Of a DNA stretch of 64,000 bases, positions 9,601 to 17,945 are shown in pieces. Source of the DNA: Candidatus Cloacimonadales bacterium (GTDB lineage Bacteria; Cloacimonadota; Cloacimonadia; Cloacimonadales; JAIOQZ01); contig OY762463.1 of the NCBI GenBank assembly GCA_963665815.1, forward strand, positions 288,001 through 352,000. The letters are read 5' to 3'. The position numbers and the translations under genes are program-made. Positions within the stretch are counted from its first letter, which is position 1, and each line of letters opens with the position of its first letter. Below the pieces are notes generated by a model. It did no database searches. It saw only the letters and a list, made by a program, of their open reading frames with translations, and was not told the origin of the DNA.

Positions 9601-11846
9601 GGACTGATTTACTCAGCAGGTTTGATAATTCACATCAACGCTTTCAATTGATTATTTATGACAATGAGTATTATTCTCTTCCCGGAAGAGAGAACTCATT
9701 TAAATTCCAATATAGTGAAATACACAATACTGATCAAGGTAACTACGGTGGTTTCTATGTGGATCATGGGGAGTATGCAACAGTTGGTATCTGTGATAAA
9801 ACAGGGCAGACAGGTCTTGAATACACATTTGCCAGCAGATATCCGGATACTGCACAACAACTGACCAATGGAACAGCTTTGACTTTCAAACATAATTTTG
9901 AGACTCCTGATAACGCATTTGTCATCCTTGATGATTATTCATCTGTAGATGCAGATAATAGCGGAGAAGTAAACAACGGTGAATCGGTGAATATGACTGT
10001 GAGTCTCAGGAACATTGGAAATCAGGATTGTGACTCTGTGACTGTAAGTTTTGAATCGGGATCGCAGTACCTTAGTATATCAACTGACCCTGTAACAGAA
10101 TACAATATTACATCAAATGCAGTTGCAGATGTTGATACTGATATAAACTTCTCAATAGATCCTCTATGCCCAAACAATGAGAATGTCAATCTGTTTATTA
10201 TAATAGAACATGATGGAAGAAGATCAGAATATGAGTGTTCCTGGATTGTGAAATCACCGGAATTGATTTATGAAAAATTCGTGTATGATGATAATGATAA
10301 TAATCAAATTGAAACAATGGAGAGTGGTGATTTTCATATCATATTCAGAAAATCAGGTAGTATAGATATCCTGAATCCTCTATTCAATATCAGATCGAAT
10401 GTCCCAGGGATAACACTTGGAGCTGTATCTTTTGCTGAAGAGGAAGAGTATTTAACAGTGACTATGCCGTTTATTACTGATAATACACTTGCTCAGGGAT
10501 TGAAGGTTGAGTTTACCGGATCAATATCATACAATAACGGATATCATAATGATTTCACATTTTACGATGTTTGCGGTAATCTCGAGATGGTCTTTTCAGA
10601 TGACTTTTCTAATAACTGGCAGGAATGGTGGATGAGAAATGGTACAATAGTCGGTACTTCTAATGCTGGTGGTACTTCTCCGGAATTGCTTATGTCTACT
10701 AATCCTGACTACGAGAGTGTTGTTGCCAACTATTCTTTTGTCGGAGATATTTATAGAAAACTGAAAGTCAAATTTAAGAATAAACTGGTGAACAGCCCAT
10801 TAAAAAGGTCTGTCAGAATTGTTGATATGTCGCCATTACGTAGAAGTTATTACTTTATTAATGAAACATTACCTACAGATGGAGCTGTAGAGGAAGAACA
10901 TTTCGTGATACCTCCCGTTAGATTCTATGATTTTGCTAACTTATATTTTACAGCCGGTGTTGAACAGCAGTTTACTGCACGCTGGTATATTGATGATGTT
11001 GTACTTGAAGGTGTAAGAATTTCCCGAATTCGTCTTCATGGATTAGTGAATCTGGAAGGGAATGCTTCAGACTATGAAAATGTCAGGTTGAGTGTGGAGA
11101 ATCAAGTCTTTAATCCTTATTCAGATGGGTTATACGAGATATACGTTGATGGGAATGCTGTTACTCTTGAAGTTAATACAAAAGGTTATGTGAATCAAAG
11201 TAATTTTTATGTACTTGCTTCTAATTCAGAAGATTCGGACGAGTTCAATTTTCATGAGGTTAATCTGGAAAGACTTCCCGAACCGGAAAACCTTCAATAT
11301 GACCTGAATGGAAACCATATCGACTTGGACTGGGACTTTAACAATGATTCTGATGTTACCTTTTCTCAGTTTAAGATTATCAGGGAAGCAAACAATATAA
11401 CGATTATTGATTCTACTACAAATTCTGATTACAGTGTTGATCTGCTTGATGACAGGAACTACAAGCTATATGTTTATGCTGAATTTGCAGATAATATGGA
11501 AAGTCACAATTCGGATACTCTTAGTATAAATTTTGTAGATAATGATGACATTAATAATGTGAAATTCGTTACAAGGCTATGCAATAATTACCCTAATCCG
11601 TTCAATCCTTCAACTATGATAAAATTCAGCATTGCAGAGGACAATACACATACCGATTTATCTGTATATAATATAAAAGGTCAGAAAGTGAGAACTTTAA
11701 TATCAGAAGAATTGACATCAGGACTGCATGAAATTTTATGGAATGGAGATAATTCACAACAAAAATCAGTTGCTTCCGGAGTCTATTTTGTAAGACTGAA
11801 AGCTAAAGATGATGTCCAATACAAAAAAATAATATTAATAAAATAA
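6696..11846 (+). CDS. C25 (gingipain-like) family protein with Ig-like domains and C-terminal FlgD/T9SS-type sorting domain
   Basis: YLII, WKKMKG, PEYVLLLG, PDLQIGRI, ITCFTG, HFGDPEL motifs; PTGPDPYGY module; terminal NYPNPFNP...SVASGVYFVRL...KKIILIK. Confidence 0.85.
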   Translation: MPKIFRAVIIGILYLILTISSLYGSFEVLIESNQQLSVKFKLPDYTIDENRRILFENNPEPDVDLQQMFGFYAYIPTNCEYTITHEVTSREKMDFIAEQDKNDPVFISMDGYSRDHRMILVNVNPLYVNEDASYVNEEVIINLSFTLSSEFTEGANNHESYSFDQYVRSLVINRNTLQSNTSQRGSYLIIHPDNFSVTTDMSDFILWKKMKGLEVHTRAFSSNSANTEILQYIRNAYNTWDVAPEYVLLLGNASSSFAVPTWYEDFGNNIVYGDHPYSLMNDGDIFPDLQIGRITYESAGQLRSILTKIINYEYKPDRAGSDWFERLLLVGDHIDSGSSTVLTMHYVNDMMDDFPVDYSYSLVYNQPYVNGIQNALNNGVGAYFYRGFGTFSHWTETDTENLLNYNMTPLISAITCFTGNFDQDYVSFVEKFLHIGTPNTSKGAVAALGSTSATHTCFNNIITAGIASSFYQDGNFNISAGLNKGKLQLYRNYPWNPEYYVDWYTLGKEHFGDPELTLRCKTPGIMTSEHSDTVSIHNNFFTGVIEDENSIGIPDASVTLYDAAIDSFFTAITDANGNYRISINIDSQTDLMLTAFHPQMIPYADTIYVINDYSDIDLRSEFTDNIISGTVNTLRFRLINNTNSDVQNVTVRVSCDSQYVNVIDSVISVTNLPAVSSSEYNVNIDPAFAISDGGSLILHTEIDYGDVTEAFSHSFNVENTVLEIESINLQTIPSPQADIDFSIELENISNIPVDSLTMELETFDNRITITDSIAYLQYVLDNSMIFVNDNFTFSFNDIYNTEDFHFYIKFSNNKGFYQESEFVVENLDPSLDQPTGPDPYGYIAVNNNDAAVYQPETYGWIEIDPENGGSGTVLDMVDYDYEGSGDMVTVQLPFSFRFYGDLYYNLSISSNGFVMPGIHFNYGWMNRTIPGPMVPRPIIAPFWDDLLIGENSRISYFEDDTNHTFIVQWTDLLSRFDNSHQRFQLIIYDNEYYSLPGRENSFKFQYSEIHNTDQGNYGGFYVDHGEYATVGICDKTGQTGLEYTFASRYPDTAQQLTNGTALTFKHNFETPDNAFVILDDYSSVDADNSGEVNNGESVNMTVSLRNIGNQDCDSVTVSFESGSQYLSISTDPVTEYNITSNAVADVDTDINFSIDPLCPNNENVNLFIIIEHDGRRSEYECSWIVKSPELIYEKFVYDDNDNNQIETMESGDFHIIFRKSGSIDILNPLFNIRSNVPGITLGAVSFAEEEEYLTVTMPFITDNTLAQGLKVEFTGSISYNNGYHNDFTFYDVCGNLEMVFSDDFSNNWQEWWMRNGTIVGTSNAGGTSPELLMSTNPDYESVVANYSFVGDIYRKLKVKFKNKLVNSPLKRSVRIVDMSPLRRSYYFINETLPTDGAVEEEHFVIPPVRFYDFANLYFTAGVEQQFTARWYIDDVVLEGVRISRIRLHGLVNLEGNASDYENVRLSVENQVFNPYSDGLYEIYVDGNAVTLEVNTKGYVNQSNFYVLASNSEDSDEFNFHEVNLERLPEPENLQYDLNGNHIDLDWDFNNDSDVTFSQFKIIREANNITIIDSTTNSDYSVDLLDDRNYKLYVYAEFADNMESHNSDTLSINFVDNDDINNVKFVTRLCNNYPNPFNPSTMIKFSIAEDNTHTDLSVYNIKGQKVRTLISEELTSGLHEILWNGDNSQQKSVASGVYFVRLKAKDDVQYKKIILIK

Positions 11847-11864
11847 ACAAGATGAGGAGAAATC

Positions 11865-12617
11865 ATGAAAAAATTTGTACTTGCGATTTTTTTGATTATG
11901 GCTGTATTACCTGTATTTGCACAGGATTTGAAAGATCCTTATGAAATTCTGAGAAATGAACTTCAATCTCGGGGTGGAAAGGAAAAACTGGAATCCATTA
12001 CCAGCACAAGAACATCTCAAACAATTGAAATTAAAGCACAAGGACAGAAATTTAACCAGAAAGACACTAGCATTTTCTTTAATCCTGATACTTCAACAGT
12101 AAAAATCTATCAAAAGACTACATCCTCAAGAGGTAGTTTCGTTCTCGGATATAATGGTGAAACCGCCTGGAAAATTGAAAACGGTAAATTCTCATTAATT
12201 GAAGATGAAGATGAACAGGAAAATGTTGAAGAGAAAACGAAAACTCCGTATGATGAATACGAATATCTTAATCCTGAATCAGAATACTATTCAATTAAAC
12301 TGAAAGGTGTAAAGAAAGTAAAAGGAAGAAAATGCTATTATATCAGAATCAAAAATAAAGATAAAGGCATTACTACAAAGAGATACATTGATGTAGAAAC
12401 ATTCGATATTCTGAAGGACATCCGTACAGATAAAAATGGTACTACAGAAACTCTTTACTCCGATTACAAAACTGTGGACGGTTTCAGGAATCCTTATGTA
12501 AAAGAAATTCTTAAAGTTACTTATGATAGTCCTGAGCCTGTTAATTATAAAATAGTTGTTACACTTCTTGAATATAACGGCACTTTTGACGAAACAATAT
12601 TTGAACCACAAAAATAG
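11865..12617 (+). CDS. exported LolA-like/outer-membrane lipoprotein-sorting family protein
   Basis: Signal peptide; GGKEKLESI, YNGETAW, YSDYKTVDG..P, FDETIFE pattern. Confidence 0.6.
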   Translation: MKKFVLAIFLIMAVLPVFAQDLKDPYEILRNELQSRGGKEKLESITSTRTSQTIEIKAQGQKFNQKDTSIFFNPDTSTVKIYQKTTSSRGSFVLGYNGETAWKIENGKFSLIEDEDEQENVEEKTKTPYDEYEYLNPESEYYSIKLKGVKKVKGRKCYYIRIKNKDKGITTKRYIDVETFDILKDIRTDKNGTTETLYSDYKTVDGFRNPYVKEILKVTYDSPEPVNYKIVVTLLEYNGTFDETIFEPQK

Positions 12618-12714
12618 AAGAAACCTTTACAATATTGGGTAGTTGATTCGATTTCAGAATTCACAATAATCTAAACCCAATATCAGGTTCTCTGAGAAGT
12701 TTTTCTTAAAACTG

Positions 12715-12745
12715 AAAAAGGCTGTCAGTATTCGACAGCCTTTTC
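12715..12745. terminator. bidirectional intrinsic terminator
   Basis: aaaaggctgtc-agtattc-gacagcctttt between convergent genes. Confidence 0.85.
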
Positions 12746-12751
12746 ATGTAT

Positions 12752-13768
12752 CTAAATTTCTATTACCCAGCCGTCTGGTCCGGGAATATCACCGCATTGA
12801 ATTCCGGTTAGAAGTTTATAAAGCTCAGTTGTTTTTGGACCGGGAGTTTTTCCTTCATCATAGAAAAGTTTTTCCCTGCTATTATGTGTTATTGCCCCTA
12901 TAGGTGCAATAACTGCTGCAGTACCGCATGCTCCTGCTTCAATAAACTCTTCAATACTGTCTATCGGAATATCTCTTTCTTCCACCTTCATCCCAAGATT
13001 ATGCTCTGCAAGATATACAAGTGATCTTCTCGTTATACTTGGTAGTATAGAAGGAGAAACCGGAGTAACAAACACATTGTCTTTAGTTATTCCGAAGAAA
13101 TTAGCTGCACCTGCTTCTTCAATGTTTGTTTTTGTCTGGGCGTCAAGATAAATACAGTCGGCAAAGCCTTTTGCTTTCGCTTCTGAACCGGCTTTAAGGC
13201 TCGCGGCATAGTTACCACCTACTTTTACAGCACCTGTTCCGAAAGGAGCGGCTCGGTCGAACTTTGTTGTAATGAACTTACTTGTTGTAAAGCCATTCTT
13301 GAAATATGGTCCTACCGGTGTAACAAATATAGAGAACAGATATTCAGGGGCTGGCTTTACTCCAACATTTGGTCCTACTCCTATAAGATATGGTCTTATA
13401 TATAAAGATGAACCTGAACCGTAAGGAGGAATAAAATCACTATTAGCTTTTACTACTTTCTTAACAGCTTCAACAAACTTCTCTTCAGGATATGGTTTCA
13501 TTAAAAGTGCTTCACAGCTGTCTTTCATTCTTTTTGCATTTTCGTAAGGTCTGAAAAGAAGGATTCTGCCATCTTTGGCTCTGTATGCTTTCAAGCCCTC
13601 AAAACACTGCTGACCATAATGGATTGCTGTTGATCCTTCATGAATTCTAATGTAGTCATCTGTGGAAAGCTCACCTTCATCCCATGAACCATCTTTGTAA
13701 TATGAGATGAATCTGTAATCAGCTTTGATGTAATCGAATCTTAAATTTTTGAAATCAATATTTTTCAC
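12752..13768 (-). CDS. ilvE: branched-chain amino acid aminotransferase
   Basis: HYGQQCFEGLKAY, LYIRP, KVGGNYAAS, EEAGAANFF, ILPSITR, GTAAVI. Confidence 0.95.
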   Translation of the reverse strand: MKNIDFKNLRFDYIKADYRFISYYKDGSWDEGELSTDDYIRIHEGSTAIHYGQQCFEGLKAYRAKDGRILLFRPYENAKRMKDSCEALLMKPYPEEKFVEAVKKVVKANSDFIPPYGSGSSLYIRPYLIGVGPNVGVKPAPEYLFSIFVTPVGPYFKNGFTTSKFITTKFDRAAPFGTGAVKVGGNYAASLKAGSEAKAKGFADCIYLDAQTKTNIEEAGAANFFGITKDNVFVTPVSPSILPSITRRSLVYLAEHNLGMKVEERDIPIDSIEEFIEAGACGTAAVIAPIGAITHNSREKLFYDEGKTPGPKTTELYKLLTGIQCGDIPGPDGWVIEI

Positions 13769-13980
13769 GAATTCCTCCTTTTGTTTTTGCCATTCTCTTT
13801 GAATTCAGTCGGTTTTGTAAAGATAATTAAATGTTTAACTCCCATTAAAATGATTTTTCATTGACGAAGGAGCTTATAAAAGAAATTTGTCCATTCTTTA
13901 TAAACTGCTTATACTTACTAAGTAGTCGTATTTAAAAATAAACCGTTCAAATCGAATGAAAAGTATAAATGGAAAATTAA

Positions 13981-15264
13981 GTGACTAAACGAAAGGATAT
14001 TGATATGCCAGATAAATTTAAAACACAGGTTAATTCTGAAATTGGTGAACTGAAAGGTGTAATCTTACATACACCGGGACCGGAAATTGAGAATATGAAT
14101 CCGGAAAATGCCGAAAGGGCTTTGTATAGCGATATTCTTAATCTTGCCGTTGCTTCTAAGGAGTATGTACAGTTAAAGGAAGTGCTTGGAAAAACAGCCA
14201 GAACTTTTGAAGTAGAAGACCTTCTTAAGAACATTCTATATAACGAGAAAGTAAAACAAGATCTGGTAAAGAAGATTTGTGTTAATGAAAATGCTGAAAA
14301 TATTATAAATGACCTTTTAAGTATGAAGCCAGAAGATTTATCTAAAAGTCTGCTTCGTGGTGTACCTATGAAGAAGAATAATCTTACTAAATTCCTGAGT
14401 AAGGAATCTTATACATTAAAACCTCTGCATAACTTCTTTTTTACAAGAGATGCTTCGATGTCTGTAAGAAATCGTGTTTTGATTGGTAGAATGAAAAGCA
14501 ATATCAGAGAACGAGAATCGCTTATTATGGAGGCAATATTCGATTATAACTCCTATTTCAGTACAAAAACAGTCAACCCGGTCAATGACCCTGTTTTTGC
14601 CGGAACTGCCACAATTGAAGGGGGAGATGTTCTTGTAGCGAGAAAGGATATTCTCTGTATTGGTATTGGAGACAGAACTAACTCTCAAGGTGTAGATTTT
14701 ATCATTGAGCAACTCAAATCGAGAAAAGAAAAAAGACATTTGATTATACAGGAGCTGCCAAAAACTCCTGAGTCATTCATTCACCTCGATATGGTTTTCA
14801 CATTCCTTGATAAAGATGCCTGCATGGTATATAAGCCTCTGATTCTAAGACCAAACAGATTCCAGACAGTTCATATTGAGATAGATAATGGCAAAGTGGT
14901 TTCAATCAAAGAAAAAGAAAACCTGCTTTCAGTACTGAAAGAACTGGGTATGGACCTTAAACCTGTTCTCTGTGGTGGAGATAATGATGTCAGGATTCAG
15001 GAAAGAGAACAATGGCATTCCGGAGCAAATTTCTTTGCGATAGCTCCTGGCAAAGTTATTGGCTATGGAAGAAATGTTTATACTATAGAAGAAATGGCTA
15101 AAAACGGTTTTGAAGTAATTAAAGCTAAAGATATAATTAAGAATAAAGCGGATATTAAAAAAGCTAAAAAATGTGTTATAACAATTGATGGCTCTGAACT
15201 TTCCAGAGGCGGTGGCGGATGTCGCTGCATGACTATGCCGATAGTCAGAGCGGATGTTAAATAG
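13981..15264 (+). CDS. arcA: arginine deiminase
   Basis: SEIGELK, NFFFTRD, IEGGD, HLDMVF, SELSRGGGGCRCMTMP. Confidence 0.93.
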   Translation: MTKRKDIDMPDKFKTQVNSEIGELKGVILHTPGPEIENMNPENAERALYSDILNLAVASKEYVQLKEVLGKTARTFEVEDLLKNILYNEKVKQDLVKKICVNENAENIINDLLSMKPEDLSKSLLRGVPMKKNNLTKFLSKESYTLKPLHNFFFTRDASMSVRNRVLIGRMKSNIRERESLIMEAIFDYNSYFSTKTVNPVNDPVFAGTATIEGGDVLVARKDILCIGIGDRTNSQGVDFIIEQLKSRKEKRHLIIQELPKTPESFIHLDMVFTFLDKDACMVYKPLILRPNRFQTVHIEIDNGKVVSIKEKENLLSVLKELGMDLKPVLCGGDNDVRIQEREQWHSGANFFAIAPGKVIGYGRNVYTIEEMAKNGFEVIKAKDIIKNKADIKKAKKCVITIDGSELSRGGGGCRCMTMPIVRADVK

Positions 15265-15282
15265 AATTTTTATTGAGATAAG

Positions 15283-15314
15283 AAAAGCCTGTTGAAATTT
15301 CTCAACAGGCTTTT
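15283..15314. terminator. bidirectional intrinsic terminator
   Basis: aaaagcctgttga...tcaacaggctttt between convergent genes. Confidence 0.85.
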
Positions 15315-15333
15315 AACTTATATAATACTAATC

Positions 15334-16089
15334 TTAGAATAAATCAAAGCAGGTAATAACACCAAAACTTATCATTAATCCTTCGTAATCATGAAAATCA
15401 TCTTCATTCATGGGACTAGAGCAGCATACCTGGAGCTGAGCTTTAAGAAATGGTGCACCGACTCGAGCAGTTATAGCCGGTTCCCAGAACCAGATATCTC
15501 GAATTGCTTTCAACTCGTCCACTTCTTCCTTATAGTAATTGCTCAGGTCTTCAGTGCTGAAACTATAATAATCCACATAAGAAAATCTGGATGATACTGC
15601 CAACTCAAATATTTTAAATCTTAAACCAATAGAAGGCTGAACAAACGGACGTGTAAATTTGGCTTTTATAGTTCCATCATCATGCAAATCGTTAAAAGCA
15701 GAACCCCATCCCATTCCTCCATAGGCTTCCAATACTAACGGTCCGTAATTTGTAAAGTATCCAGCGCCAAGATTAAAAATGTGCCCAGACCCGGTACCTT
15801 CCTCATCATCTTCAGGATCTTCATTAACCTCATTTGCAAGCATTACGCTTCCCATGACAGCAACATTATCCATAATGGCCATTGATCCTTGGAAACCTGT
15901 TGCACCAACATCTGTTCCGCCTGAAGTTCCACCGGCGATTCTCAGTTCACCTGCTTCCTTATGGAGGGGAGCATGTACTGTATCCGGTGCGTAATAAACA
16001 GGTGAACATCCTGTAGTAATAAAAATTGTAACACTCAACAATATTAACCCTGATATTAATTTTAAGTACCTCATTATATTCTCCTTCAA
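15334..16089 (-). CDS. outer-membrane lipoprotein/beta-barrel, unknown function
   Basis: Lipobox TTGC, alternating beta strands, terminal Phe. Confidence 0.6.
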   Translation of the reverse strand: MKENIMRYLKLISGLILLSVTIFITTGCSPVYYAPDTVHAPLHKEAGELRIAGGTSGGTDVGATGFQGSMAIMDNVAVMGSVMLANEVNEDPEDDEEGTGSGHIFNLGAGYFTNYGPLVLEAYGGMGWGSAFNDLHDDGTIKAKFTRPFVQPSIGLRFKIFELAVSSRFSYVDYYSFSTEDLSNYYKEEVDELKAIRDIWFWEPAITARVGAPFLKAQLQVCCSSPMNEDDFHDYEGLMISFGVITCFDLF

Positions 16090-16103
16090 AGCCTTTTTAA
16101 ATG

Positions 16104-16565
16104 TTAAGCATTTTTTGAACCAATCTCTTTAACTTTACTCTTATGGATGTACTCTTCTTCGGCAATCTTTTGTATTTTCTGAGAAGCATCAAGCATAATT
16201 TCTGCTCTTGTTTTCATATATTTTGCAATCTGCTCATAAGCATATCCGAGCAATCCTTCAGCTTCTTCCAACAGTGAACTGATTTCATCCTGATCAGATG
16301 CATCATGCAGTTTATTAAGCAGATTGGCTTTCAATTTGTTCACAAAAGCCAGATATTTGGATTTATTAAATGGTGTATCATTATATCTGTCAACAATTCC
16401 ATGGAGAGTTTTGCTATGGTGTTGAGAGTGAATACTCATAAACTTGAAGATTTCATCGTATTTTTCCAGAGCTTTCATTTCATGCAGTTTTGTGTAGAAT
16501 TGAGCAACATCATCTTCAATTTGTGCCATCATTTGCAGAATATCTTTCATAAATATCTCCTTCAT
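16104..16565 (-). CDS. ferritin/rubrerythrin-like helical protein
   Basis: IE...FY and EEEYIH (ExxH) motifs. Confidence 0.55.
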   Translation of the reverse strand: MKEIFMKDILQMMAQIEDDVAQFYTKLHEMKALEKYDEIFKFMSIHSQHHSKTLHGIVDRYNDTPFNKSKYLAFVNKLKANLLNKLHDASDQDEISSLLEEAEGLLGYAYEQIAKYMKTRAEIMLDASQKIQKIAEEEYIHKSKVKEIGSKNA

Positions 16566-17935
16566 TAAGAAAAAGGGTAACCTTTTCTTTTTATTTTATC
16601 CAACAAAATATCTTTACTTATGTACGGGTTATCCATATAAATATCTTCAGCTATTTTCAAAGCAGTTCCAATATCACTGCCTTTAAGTTTCAAGTGTTTT
16701 ATAATATCTCTACCATTAACAGGCAATGGCGAAACTTTAAGTTCTTCTTCTGCGCTTTCGAGTTTTAGTCTTATCATCTTTGTCTGTTCCGGATACTGAT
16801 GTTCAGGGGCGTGAGAAATGTTATCGGCATGTATCAGATGCAGAAGATTATCGCAGTAATCCTTGGTGTCCCGTAAAAATTTCCTTGCAGCTTTCTTTGT
16901 CATATGTTCTGCATTCGCACCAAATGACTTTGTCCTCATATGGTTTTTAATCAGGAAGTTAACTTCTGAAACAAGTTTTCCGGAGTATTTCAATTTTTTC
17001 AGGATTTCCTTTGCTATTTTGGCAGAAGTGTTCTCATGGTTAAAGAATCGTCTGACTCCATCAACTTCATTCATACAACGTAGTTTGCCTATATCATGAA
17101 ACAAAGCACTTAACCTCAATTCGGGTAGTGGTGGAACGTTTTCAACAACAGACAATGTATGATGCCAGACATCTTTATCGTGATATTTATTCTGCTCCAG
17201 ATTAAGCATTTCTCCGAGTTCAGGTATAATGCTCTTATACATTTCAGTTTTGATAAGCAGTTCCAGACCTTTTGCCGGTTTATCCGATGTAAGGATTTTT
17301 GTGAATTCACAATTTATTCTCTCTATTGTTAGATTTTTTAATAAATGATGGTTTTCTTTAATGCTTTGAAGACAATCTTCTGATATGTCAAAATCGAGTT
17401 GCGCAGCAAATCTGACAGCTCTTAGTATTCTCAGTGGATCTTCAATGAAGACATCTGATGGAGCTGCTATTGTTCGAATCAGTTTGTTCCTGATGTCGTG
17501 AATACCTTTACCGGTGAGATCAAATATGCTGTTATCTTTCAGATTCAGAAGTAGAGAATTAATTGTAAAATCCCTTCTGAGAACGTCTTCATCAAGACTA
17601 CCGAAATCAACTGAGGGAAACCTGCATCTTTTTCGGTAGGATTCTTTTCGGGTCATTACAAACTCAATCGAGTAACCCAGAATATCTGACTTTGCAGTAC
17701 CGAATGTCTTATAGATTGCAGGATAAGTTGAGATTCCTTTTTCGTGAAGGAAAAATGCAAGATTCTGACCACCATTTTCGAGATTAACTACAATATCAAT
17801 ATCGTCAGAAGACCTTTCAAGCTGCAAGTCTCTTACAAATCCTCCTGCAACGTAAGTTCTACCTTCAAATTCTGTGTTTTTTATTGCCTCAGATATAAGA
17901 TTGAGGATTTTTGCTGATTGATTAGTACTATTCAT
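16565..17935 (-). CDS. cca: CCA tRNA nucleotidyltransferase / poly(A) polymerase family with HD domain
   Basis: GGFVRD, DIDIV, RRDFTIN, EDPLRILRAVRF, LFHDIGK. Confidence 0.88.
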   Translation of the reverse strand: MNSTNQSAKILNLISEAIKNTEFEGRTYVAGGFVRDLQLERSSDDIDIVVNLENGGQNLAFFLHEKGISTYPAIYKTFGTAKSDILGYSIEFVMTRKESYRKRCRFPSVDFGSLDEDVLRRDFTINSLLLNLKDNSIFDLTGKGIHDIRNKLIRTIAAPSDVFIEDPLRILRAVRFAAQLDFDISEDCLQSIKENHHLLKNLTIERINCEFTKILTSDKPAKGLELLIKTEMYKSIIPELGEMLNLEQNKYHDKDVWHHTLSVVENVPPLPELRLSALFHDIGKLRCMNEVDGVRRFFNHENTSAKIAKEILKKLKYSGKLVSEVNFLIKNHMRTKSFGANAEHMTKKAARKFLRDTKDYCDNLLHLIHADNISHAPEHQYPEQTKMIRLKLESAEEELKVSPLPVNGRDIIKHLKLKGSDIGTALKIAEDIYMDNPYISKDILLDKIKRKGYPFS

Positions 17936-17945
17936 TCAAAAACTA

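Noticed and set aside
12618-12692. Imperfect inverted repeat atattgggt/acccaatat
   Set aside because: Single copy next to a clear terminator; no function can be supported.
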